A stretch of 64,000 bases of DNA from Eledone cirrhosa (taxonomy: Eukaryota), in NCBI GenBank assembly GCA_964016885.1, contig OZ024740.1:295802001-295866000 (forward strand), given 5' to 3'. The notes under the pieces were generated by a model. That model was not told where the DNA came from and ran no database searches. It worked only from the letters and a program-made list of their open reading frames with translations. Shown piece by piece: positions 31,879 to 40,600 of the stretch. Every line of letters begins with the position of its first letter. The first letter of the stretch is position 1. Position numbers and translations under genes: made by a program.

Positions 31879-32142
31879 TATTTCTTTTATTTGCCACTAG
31901 GGCATCAAAAGTGGGACAAGTACAAAGGGGGGAGTTTACACAAAAAGGCGTCCTCAATAAGGAGGAGGCAATAACAAAATATAAAAATAAAATAAGATAT
32001 AACAAAAAATAAAATTTTTAACAAAATCCTCAATAGAGAGGAGGCGCCTTGGGGGGTCGCACACACCCCCGAAAAAAGTGTGCAACCCTTCTCCTCAGGA
32101 GCACAGAGAAGGGGTGCTCCCTTGGTCTTTCATCTTCCTCAC
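31879..32142 (-). other. LINE 3' UTR with several stem-loops
   Basis: 264 nt between ORF2 TAG and the TSD; inverted repeats at 32054-32088, 32098-32120 and 31892-31904, plus a duplicated 19-mer at 31951 and 32027. Confidence 0.8.
31886..31891 (-). terminator. Putative polyadenylation signal AATAAA of the LINE
   Basis: Minus strand reads GGCAAATAAAAGAAATA and then the TSD; the hexamer ends 7 nt before the element 3' end. Confidence 0.6.
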
Positions 32143-35100
32143 CTATAGTCTGATGTAGAGTGAAGGCCCATTCACACGGGCCATTCTCGCCACTTTCACC
32201 CATCTTTCATAGAAACGGCTGGGGTGCAGCACCTCTCTCTCCATCCTGATCCTTCTTCCGAAATGATATCGGAAGAAACGGACCAGTTGTTGGCCAGAGA
32301 GAAAGGTGCCCGACCTCAGTCCTTTCAGACGCGTCCACCATACAACCTCTTTCGCCATGGCTATTACGCACAGAAACACCGCCTCTGCTTCATCTTTGAA
32401 GGGGGGAGGCGGCTTGATCATTACAATAGACTCGGTGGTCAACCGGATCGGTCCCACCCTTGACAGCAGTTGTTCGACATAGCCCCACAGATCGGCTACG
32501 CCCGAGCAGTGTACTAATGCGTGTGCAACGGTTTCCTCGTCGCACACGCATCTGGGACAGATCTTTTTGGCGGGGTCCCTACCCGGGCGCCCGTGTCTGT
32601 AGAGCCTTTCTCGAACGGGTAAAGCCCCTCGGTAGCACTGCCAGGCCAGGGACTTCTGGAAGTTGTCCATAGGTCCCGGGCTGAATGTCCTACCGAACAG
32701 GCTGGCCAGTTCGTCCTCCTCCATGTCTAGGGCTTCTCCGAGGGCGTCGTCGCACCTGATGCGTACCAGCCCTCTATAGAATGTTGCGGTGGAGTCTCCA
32801 CTGATAACCGGATCCGCCTGCCAGAGGGCGGTGAGCGCCTGGGCACACTCAGTGTGCCAGGCGCCCAGTTTTCTCGGTCTTTGCTTGACCCAGGATTGCA
32901 GCTCGGTGAGTGAGACGAGTCTGGGAAAGGTTCGTCTCACAAACGAGGCCCACACCGGTTGTCCGGTGAGGAATACGTAGAGGTGCCGTAGCCTTAATGC
33001 GTGTTTACGCATCATTAGCCACGGCATCCCCAGCCCTCCTTTCGAAGGGTGTTGACAGCAGATGGATCTCCTCACCATAGGAGCCCGCCTCTTCCAAAGG
33101 AATTGGAAGAGCGCGCGCTCCATCTTGGTGAGGGTTTCCCTTGGGCAGGGCACTACGGTCAGGCGGTAGTAGATGACGGACGCTATGTAGGTGTTCGCCA
33201 CCTCCGCCCGGCCTTTCAGGGATAGTTTGCAACTGGCCCACTTCTGGGTCAGTGCAAACACCCTGTTCGTAACCTCCGCCCAGTTTTTCTCCACCTGGAG
33301 GTCCGGTCCGAACCAGACCCCGAGCAACTTCACCGGGCCCTCCGTCCAGCGTCCGACGACGCTATCGGAGGGCATCGGTCTGCCCCTCCACGTGCCGAGT
33401 TGCAAACCGATCGACTTGTCCCGGTTCAGCTTAGCCCCTGTGAACTTTTCGTACTCCTCCAGTAAGGTGCCGACCGCCTCGATTTCGGAGGCCGTCGACA
33501 CCATTACTGTCACGTCATCGGCGTAGGCCGACACCGCTTTCCGCAATCCCGGTTCCAAAGGGATGCCCTGCAACAACTCCAACTTCCGCAGTAGTGGCTC
33601 GAGAGTCAACACATACAGAAGGGAGGAGAGAGGGCACCCTTGTCGGATGGACCGCGCGATTTTGAACGGCTCCGAGAGGTAGCCGTTCACCTTGACCCTA
33701 GAGCAGATGCGGCTGCTGTGCATAGCAGTGATCCAGCCCCTGAAAACGGGTCCGAAGCCTGCCGCCGCTAGCACCGCATCCAGGTAACCATGGTCGACCC
33801 TATCGAACGCCTTAGATTGATCCAAGTTGATCAGAGCCCCACCAAAGCCGGGTTCGTTCCCAACCCTCTCTATGATGTATCGCATGAGGTGGAGGTTGTC
33901 ATGGATGGACCTGGACGGGATAGCGCATGTCTGCGCATCTCCCACCAGGTTGCCCACGACAAGCGCCAACCTCTTTGCTAGCACCTTCGCCAAAATCTGT
34001 AACTCTGTATTTAGCAGTGTTATGGGCCTGAAGTTACTTATTTCGTCCCCCTTGTTCTCGTCCTTCCTCACTAGCGTGACTACGCCCTTGGTCACAGTAC
34101 AGGGAATTCTCCCGTTCTGTTGCCAGTTGCAGTAGACCGCCTCGAGGAGATCGGGGAACAAGTCCGGCATAGCTAGATATAATTCGTAAGGAAGACCATC
34201 GAGACCCGGGGATTTGCGTTTGCCGCATTGGCTCAGCACGTCCTCTATCTCAGCGGCCGAAATCGGCTCTTCGCAGGACTTCGCCTCCCTGTCCGAGAGG
34301 CGCGGCAGGCCGTCGAGGTATGGACCGAAGTCCACGTTCCCAACCGGCTCCCCGCCCCTCCCGAACAGTCGGGCAAAGTGCCTTTGAAAGGCCTCACACA
34401 TCTGCTTAGGCTCAAGAATCGCCCGTCCATCCAGGTCTCGCAAAGACCGGATGGTGGATTTAGTTCCACTGTTGGCCTCTGTCACGCGGGCCCAGCTAAC
34501 AGCTTTGGTCCCCTCGTTCCCTAGAGCACGTATTTTACTTCGGACAACGCAGCCTTCGTGCTTCGCGTCGAAAAACTGGCTCAAAGCCGTTCTCGACGCT
34601 AGCACTCTGGCCACGTCGCCGCTTCTAATTGCCTCTTCTACTCTATCTACTAGCTCCCTTTCCTTCCTATTCCTATCCGCAGCTAGAACCTTACTAAATT
34701 CTATCGAGACTACTCTAATCTCTCTCTTTAGAGATACCCACCACCTGCTGTTGACGATCGCTCCAGTCAACCGTTCCTTAACTAACGTACTAATCCGATT
34801 CCTGTAGGCTCTACTTGCCGGCAAGGACAAGTTGAGCTTCCAGTAACCGGGGCCCTGTCTATGAGTTCTGTCAAGGTTGACCATGCAGGTCACTAATTTG
34901 TGGTCTGAATAGCCAACAATGCGCATTTTTGGACAACTTAAAAAGTCCTTATCCTTAATTCTAACTAAGAACCTATCTAGGTACGACCTAGATGATCCGC
35001 TACGATTTGCCCAAGTCCAGGTTGGCGCAGTCGGAAAATCTAGTCGATATCTATCGGCCAGGTCAAATCGACCGATTAACCCTTTGAGGCTATTACACCC

Positions 35101-35580
35101 CTCTCTATCGGGGCAGGCCCCTACGTAGTCCCAGCGTGCATCTAGGATACCATTCCAGTCCCCCACTAATAGCAAGGAGCGGGACGTCCCCAGAAAAGTC
35201 TCCAGACGATGGAAGAAGTCCGGCCGCATTGACCCGAAAGGGCCGTAGGCGGCTACCAACCTAAACGCTCCGCCTTTACCACTGCCAAGGTCCAGAACCA
35301 CTAGTCGACCCTCCGGGTCCAAATGTACCATCTGTGTTGCGAGACCCAGATGTTTTTGCAGCAGAACGACAACTCCACCCCCACCTCCGGGCTGACAGAG
35401 AGATGCGTGCATCTCAAAGTCATCAAAGGTGGGGGCCAGCTGTCGCACGTTGCTGATCCGGGCCTCGCAAATAACCATCACATCTATACGTTGTGACCTG
35501 AGGTCATTTAGAAGCATTGCTTGCTTCCAAGTTGAGCCCAGGCCACGCGCATTTAAACAGCCTACTCTTAGCATAGCCAT
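32143..35580 (-). CDS. LINE ORF2p: apurinic-like endonuclease, reverse transcriptase and C-terminal zinc finger
   Basis: Uninterrupted frame (track starts at GTG 35604; first ATG at 35580, MAMLRVGCLNARGL). APE motifs LNARGL, CE, GDWN, YLDRF, SDH. RT motifs KSPGLDG, RPITLLN, DQSKAFDRV, RQGCPLS, YADD (33514-33525), LLGV. C-terminal CPRC-x8-H-x4-C. Confidence 0.96.
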   Translation of the reverse strand: MAMLRVGCLNARGLGSTWKQAMLLNDLRSQRIDVMVICEARISNVRQLAPTFDDFEMHASLCQPGGGGGVVVLLQKHLGLATQMVHLDPEGRLVVLDLGSGKGGAFRLVAAYGPFGSMRPDFFHRLETFLGTSRSLLLVGDWNGILDARWDYVGACPDREGCNSLKGLIGRFDLADRYRLDFPTAPTWTWANRSGSSRSYLDRFLVRIKDKDFLSCPKMRIVGYSDHKLVTCMVNLDRTHRQGPGYWKLNLSLPASRAYRNRISTLVKERLTGAIVNSRWWVSLKREIRVVSIEFSKVLAADRNRKERELVDRVEEAIRSGDVARVLASRTALSQFFDAKHEGCVVRSKIRALGNEGTKAVSWARVTEANSGTKSTIRSLRDLDGRAILEPKQMCEAFQRHFARLFGRGGEPVGNVDFGPYLDGLPRLSDREAKSCEEPISAAEIEDVLSQCGKRKSPGLDGLPYELYLAMPDLFPDLLEAVYCNWQQNGRIPCTVTKGVVTLVRKDENKGDEISNFRPITLLNTELQILAKVLAKRLALVVGNLVGDAQTCAIPSRSIHDNLHLMRYIIERVGNEPGFGGALINLDQSKAFDRVDHGYLDAVLAAAGFGPVFRGWITAMHSSRICSRVKVNGYLSEPFKIARSIRQGCPLSSLLYVLTLEPLLRKLELLQGIPLEPGLRKAVSAYADDVTVMVSTASEIEAVGTLLEEYEKFTGAKLNRDKSIGLQLGTWRGRPMPSDSVVGRWTEGPVKLLGVWFGPDLQVEKNWAEVTNRVFALTQKWASCKLSLKGRAEVANTYIASVIYYRLTVVPCPRETLTKMERALFQFLWKRRAPMVRRSICCQHPSKGGLGMPWLMMRKHALRLRHLYVFLTGQPVWASFVRRTFPRLVSLTELQSWVKQRPRKLGAWHTECAQALTALWQADPVISGDSTATFYRGLVRIRCDDALGEALDMEEDELASLFGRTFSPGPMDNFQKSLAWQCYRGALPVRERLYRHGRPGRDPAKKICPRCVCDEETVAHALVHCSGVADLWGYVEQLLSRVGPIRLTTESIVMIKPPPPFKDEAEAVFLCVIAMAKEVVWWTRLKGLRSGTFLSGQQLVRFFRYHFGRRIRMEREVLHPSRFYERWVKVARMARVNGPSLYIRL

Positions 35581-35604
35581 GTTGGTGGTGAAGAGAAAAG
35601 GCAC

Positions 35605-37383
35605 TTACCTCTCTGCGTCCCGGGTATCGGGCTGCACAATTTCCATTAGGGTGGGGGATGGGTTGTTGGGTGGGGTGGTGGTTTGTGGAAGTGTGGGGGC
35701 ATCAGTGTGTTGTGTGGTTGGGGAGCTTGGAGTTGTGAGGGTGTTTGGGGAGGGGGTGGGATAGTTTTTTAGGAGGACGCGGTTAATGGGCCCGACGCAG
35801 GGGGGACCCACGTCCTCTTTAAAATTGTTTTTTAAAGTTTTATAGGTGTCCTGTGGGGCCTTAATCATTTTGAGGTGGGGGAAATCCCCTGCCTGGGTGA
35901 AGTTAGGCCCTTGTGTTTTTATTAGATTGTTGTTGTACACAATGTTTAACAGTTTTTTGTTTCTTGTATTTATGTATGTGTATGCATGTTTTTGTTTTTG
36001 TGTGGTGTTTTTTGTTTGCTGTTGTGAGCTCTTTTGTGTTGGTGTCAGTGTTATGTTTTGGGGAGGGTTTTTTTTCATTTGTGTGTCTGAGGTGTGTTTT
36101 CTTTTTTTTCTTTTGATTGTGTGGAAGTGCTCCTCCTCGTCTGACGACGAACTAGGGTCATCTTCCGCGTTGGAGGGGAGGGGTATATTTTCGGGTTGTG
36201 TTTGCGGTACGGGTGTTTTGGAAATTGTTTTTGTTTTTTGAGTGGAGGGGATGGGTTGGACATTGTTTTGTTTTGGTTTGAGCTGTGGTGGTTGTTTTTG
36301 TAGTGGTAGTTGTGGTGATTGTGTTGGTTGTGCAGCTGTTGGTGGTGTAGGCAGGATTGGGGTTTTCTTATTAAGTTGGGGACAGACAGCCCTCAGGTGA
36401 CCTCTGGTTCCGCAGAGGTAACACGAGGGCCGTCTACCCTCAACGGTAATGTTGATGAAGGTTAGATCATCCAGTATGACGCGTTCAGGGATCTGGGCGA
36501 TCCTTTCGGGCCTCATTTGAACTACAAGTTCGAGGCTCGTTCCACTGAACGCGTCACCCGATGCCTTTCCCATGGACACCAGCATGTCATCCTCCAGGTC
36601 CAGAAAACCTGTCAAAACCCACCATATGTCCATAATCGGCAGGATGGTGTGGATTTTTATTTTTTGTGTTCTTCTACCCATGTACGTAGGGTAGAAGGTG
36701 TATGCGGTGGATGTGATTGGTTTGATGGACAGTTTCACTGCTGTGTCCCTGTCCTTCATGAGAATGGATAGACTCCCGTAGAGTCTATCCTTCTGAATGA
36801 AGGTGATGTCCTTCATGACGTCTTTTAAAACCAGCTCTATCTCGCTCTGTGATGGTTGAGCTGGTTTTTTACTTTTGTTCGAGATTGTCCTAAACATGAC
36901 CGTGTTTAGGAGTCTCTGGCTTTTTAGTTCCGGGGGGGAATGGATTGTGAATGAACCATTTTCCCCGTACACTATATATTTTTTCGCATCCGCCAGTAGC
37001 TCCTTCGCTTTTGTTATATCTACTGGCAGATAGTCGAGGGTTTTCCTTGTCGTCTCGGCGAAGGAGAAATTTTGTTTGTTTGTGTTGTTGTTGTCGTTGG
37101 TGGTGTTGTTGTTATCATTGTTGTTGTTGTCACCGTTATTGGTCTTGTTGTTGTTATTGTTATTGGTGTTGTTTTCGTCCGTCGCATTGTTGTTGTTGCT
37201 GTTGCCGCTGGTTCTTTGAGTTGTTGCCATGGCAACGTCAAGTTGTCGGTTAACAGGTGGAGAGAATTCTTCCTCTGGCTGACCTTTCTTCTTGACCTCT
37301 GCTACTGTGACAGTGGCAGGGGGAAGCTGTAAGTTCATCTTCCCCTTTCCTCCTTCGAATTTTGGTGAAGAAGCTTCGGCCAT
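35605..37383 (-). CDS. LINE ORF1p, nucleic-acid-binding/gag-like protein (592 aa)
   Basis: ATG at 37383, TAA at 35605-35607. Single CX2CX4HX4C knuckle CYLCGTRGHLRAVC (36382-36423), Asn/Thr low-complexity N-terminus, P/Q/T/K-rich C-terminal half with DDPSSSSDEEE followed by KRKKRK; lies directly upstream of ORF2. Confidence 0.9.
   Translation of the reverse strand: MAEASSPKFEGGKGKMNLQLPPATVTVAEVKKKGQPEEEFSPPVNRQLDVAMATTQRTSGNSNNNNATDENNTNNNNNNKTNNGDNNNNDNNNTTNDNNNTNKQNFSFAETTRKTLDYLPVDITKAKELLADAKKYIVYGENGSFTIHSPPELKSQRLLNTVMFRTISNKSKKPAQPSQSEIELVLKDVMKDITFIQKDRLYGSLSILMKDRDTAVKLSIKPITSTAYTFYPTYMGRRTQKIKIHTILPIMDIWWVLTGFLDLEDDMLVSMGKASGDAFSGTSLELVVQMRPERIAQIPERVILDDLTFINITVEGRRPSCYLCGTRGHLRAVCPQLNKKTPILPTPPTAAQPTQSPQLPLQKQPPQLKPKQNNVQPIPSTQKTKTISKTPVPQTQPENIPLPSNAEDDPSSSSDEEEHFHTIKRKKRKHTSDTQMKKNPPQNITLTPTQKSSQQQTKNTTQKQKHAYTYINTRNKKLLNIVYNNNLIKTQGPNFTQAGDFPHLKMIKAPQDTYKTLKNNFKEDVGPPCVGPINRVLLKNYPTPSPNTLTTPSSPTTQHTDAPTLPQTTTPPNNPSPTLMEIVQPDTRDAER
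37073..37205 (-). repeat. Degenerate (AAC)n coding microsatellite giving a poly-Asn/Thr tract in ORF1
   Basis: Plus strand TTG/GTT runs; translation SGNSNNNNATDENNTNNNNNNKTNNGDNNNNDNNNTTNDNNNTNKQN. Confidence 0.85.
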
Positions 37384-37598
37384 TTAAAAAAATATTGACT
37401 TTTCAACAAGAAAAAACTTTTTTTTTGTTTAACTATTTCGCCTAAAGGCGTAGAATATTTTGAGAGACTGACCAGATCAAAGTTTGACCTGGCAGTCCCT
37501 CTACAAAATGGTACAAAAATTAAAGTTATCAGACAAGAATTTCTATAGAAATTTAAACAGAACTTACTCAGCAAGTTATACGCGTGTGTCCATCCCAG
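37384..37598 (-). promoter_or_regulatory. LINE 5' UTR (possible internal promoter)
   Basis: About 215 nt of AT-rich unique sequence between the (AGAT)5 tract and the ORF1 ATG. Promoter function is inferred only from general L1-clade biology. Confidence 0.55.
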
Positions 37599-37618
37599 AG
37601 ATAGATAGATAGATAGAT
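37599..37618 (+). repeat. (AGAT)5 microsatellite at the element 5' junction
   Basis: AGATAGATAGATAGATAGAT followed by GG and then the TSD; absent from the empty site. Confidence 0.92.
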
Positions 37619-37620
37619 GG

Positions 37621-37636
37621 ATATATTATATAGATA
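37621..37636 (+). repeat. Target-site duplication, right copy (ATATATTATATAGATA)
   Basis: Identical to 31863-31878; satellite resumes GTGAGCGTACC directly after it. Confidence 0.88.
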
Positions 37637-40600
37637 GTGAGCGTACCTGAGAATATATTATATAGACAGTGAGTGTACCTAAGAATATATTATATAGACA
37701 GTGAGTGTACCTAATAAAATATTATATAGAGAGTGAGTGTACCTAAGAATATATTACATAGACAGTGAGTGTACCTGACAATATATTATATAGATAGTGA
37801 GTGTACCTAAGAATATATTATATAGACAGTGACTGTACCTAATAATATATTATATAGACAGTGATTGTACCTAAGAATATATTATATAGGCACTGAATGG
37901 ACCTGAGAATATATTATCTAGACAATAAGTGTACCTAAGGATATATTATATAGAGAGTGAGTGTACTGAGAATATATTATATAGACAGTGAATGTATCCA
38001 AGAATATATTATATAGACAGTGAGTGTACCTGAGAATATATTATATAGACAGTGAGTGTACCTAAGAATATATTATATAGATAGTGAGTGTATCCAAGAA
38101 TATATTATATAGACAGTGAGTGTACCTGAAAATATATATTATATAGACAGTGAGTGTACCTAAGAATATATTATATAGACAGTGAATGTATCCAAGAATA
38201 TATTATATAGATAGTGAGTGTATCTGAGAATATATTATATAGACAGTGAGTGTACATAAGAATATATTATATAGATAGTGAGTGTATCCAAGAATATATT
38301 ATATAGACAGTGAGTGTACCTGAGAATATATTATATAGACAGGGAGTGTACCTAAGAATATATTATATAGACAGTGAATGTATCCAAGAATATATTATAT
38401 AGATAATGAGTGTATCTGAGAATATATTATATAGACAGTGAGTGTACATAAGAATATATTATATAGACAGTGAGTGTACCTAAGAATATATTATATAGAT
38501 AGTGAGTGTACCTGAGAATATATTATATAGACAGTGAGTGTACCTGAGAATATATTATATAGACAGTGAGTGTTCCTAAGAATATATTATATAGACAGCA
38601 AGTGTACTGAATATATATTATATAGACAATGAGTGTACCTAAGAATATATTATATAAACAGTGAGAGTACCTAAGAATATATTATATAGACAGTGAGTGT
38701 ACCTAAGAATATATTATATAGACCGTGAGTGTACCTAAGAATATAATATATAGACAGTGAGTGTACCTAAGAATATATTATATAGACAGTGAGTGTTCCT
38801 AAGAATATATTATATAGACAGTGAGTGTACTGAATATATATTATATAGACAATGAGTGTACCTAAGAATATATTATATAGACAGTGAGTGTACCTAACAA
38901 TATATTATATAGACAGTGAGTGTACCTAAGAATATATTATATAGACAGCCAGTGTACTGAATATATATTATATATACAATGAGTGTACCTAAGAATATAT
39001 TATATAGACAGTGAGTGTACCTAAGTATATATTATATAGACAGTGAATGTACCTAAGAATATATTATATAGACAGTGAGTGTACCTAAGAATATATTATA
39101 TAGACAGTGAGTGTTCCTAAGAATATATTTTATAGACAGTGAGTGTACTGAATATATATTATATAGACAATGAGTTTACCTAAGAATATATTATATAGAC
39201 AGTGAGTGTACCTAAGAATATATTATATAGATAGTGAGCGTACCTGAGAATATATTATATAGACAGTGAGTGTACCTAAGAATATATTATATACAGAGTG
39301 ATTGTACCTAACAATATATTATATAGACAGTGAGTGTACCTAAGAATATATTATATAGGCACTGACTGGACCTGAGAATATATTATATAGACAATAAGTG
39401 TACCTAAGAATATATTATATAGAGAGTGAGTGTACTGAGAATATATTATATAGACAGTGAGTTTACTGAGAATATATTATATAGACAGTGAGTGTACCTA
39501 AGAATATATTATATAGAGAGTGAGTGTTACGAGAATATATTATATAGACAGTGAGTGTACCTAAGAATATATTATATAGACAGTGAGTGTACCTAAGAAT
39601 ATATTATATAGACAGTGATTGTAACTAAGAATATATTATATAGACGATGAGTGTACCTAAGAATATATTATATAGAGATTGAGTGTATCTAAGAATATAT
39701 TATATAGACAGTGAGTGTACCTAAGAATATATTATATAGAGAGTGAGTGTACCTGAGAATATATTATATAGACAGTGAGTGTACCTAAGAATATATTATA
39801 TAGATAGTGAGTGTACCTGAGAATATATTATATAGACAGTGAGTGTTCATAAGTATATATTATATAGACAGCAAGTGTACTGAATATATATGATATAGAC
39901 AATGAGTGTACCTAAGAATATATTATATAGACAGTGAGTGTACCTAAGAATATATTATATAGACAGTGAGTGTACCTAAGAATATATTATATAGACAGTG
40001 AGTGTACCTAAGAATATATTATATAGACAGTGAGTGTACCTAAGAATATATTATATAGACAGTGAGTGTTCCTAAGAATATATTATATAGACAGTGAGTG
40101 TACTGAATATATATTATATAGACAATGAGTGTACCTAAGAATATATTATATAGACAGTGAGTGTACCTAACAATATATTATATAGACAGTGAGTGTACCT
40201 AAGAATATATTATATAGAGAGCCAGTGTACTGAATATATATTATATATACAATGAGTGTACCTAAGAATATATTATATAGACAGTGAGTGTACCTAAGAA
40301 TATGTTATATAGACAGTGAGTGTACCTAAGAATATATTATATAGTCAGTGAGTGTACCTAAGAATATATTATATAGACAGTGAGTGTTCCTAAGAATATA
40401 TTATATAGACAGTTAGTGTACTGAATATATATTATATAGACAATGAGTGTACCTAAGAATATATTATATAGACAGTGAGTGTACCTAAGAATATATTATA
40501 TAGATAGTGAGCGTACCTGAGAATATATTATATAGACAGTGAGTGTACCTAAGAATATATTATATAGACAGTGAGTGTACCTAATAAAATATTATAGAGA

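Larger units (their letters stand above)
31879..37620 (-). mobile_element. Full-length non-LTR retrotransposon (LINE), L1/Tx1-like, 5742 bp
   Basis: 5' UTR, ORF1 (gag-like knuckle), ORF2 (APE-RT-CCHC), 3' UTR with AATAAA; flanked by a 16-bp direct repeat; no LTRs or terminal inverted repeats. Clade assignment rests on motif recognition (KSPGLDGL, FRPITLLN, LDQSKAFDRVDH, GGLGMP, LSLKGR), not a search. Confidence 0.93.

Noticed and set aside
32090-32135. Hammerhead ribozyme (CUGAGGA after a stem, with upstream GAAA) in the 3' UTR
   Set aside because: No stem III with a NUH cleavage triplet and no GAAA closing stem II in any permutation I could build.
32224-37574. Numerous short antisense and alternate-frame ORFs within the LINE
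   Set aside because: Shadows of GC-rich ORF2 and low-complexity ORF1; no recognisable motifs, and many lack an ATG start.
31879-37620. LTR retrotransposon, telomerase or telomeric (HeT-A/TART/SART-type) element
   Set aside because: No LTRs, protease, RNase H or integrase; the flanks are not telomeric repeats, it is a single copy, and motifs fit L1/Tx1.
31879-37620. Host taxon assignment from the element
   Set aside because: Motifs are compatible with a metazoan Tx1-like family, but the host cannot be supported without a database search.
31860-37640. Array inversion or target deletion at the insertion
   Set aside because: Satellite orientation and phase are identical on both sides and match the empty site at 40491.
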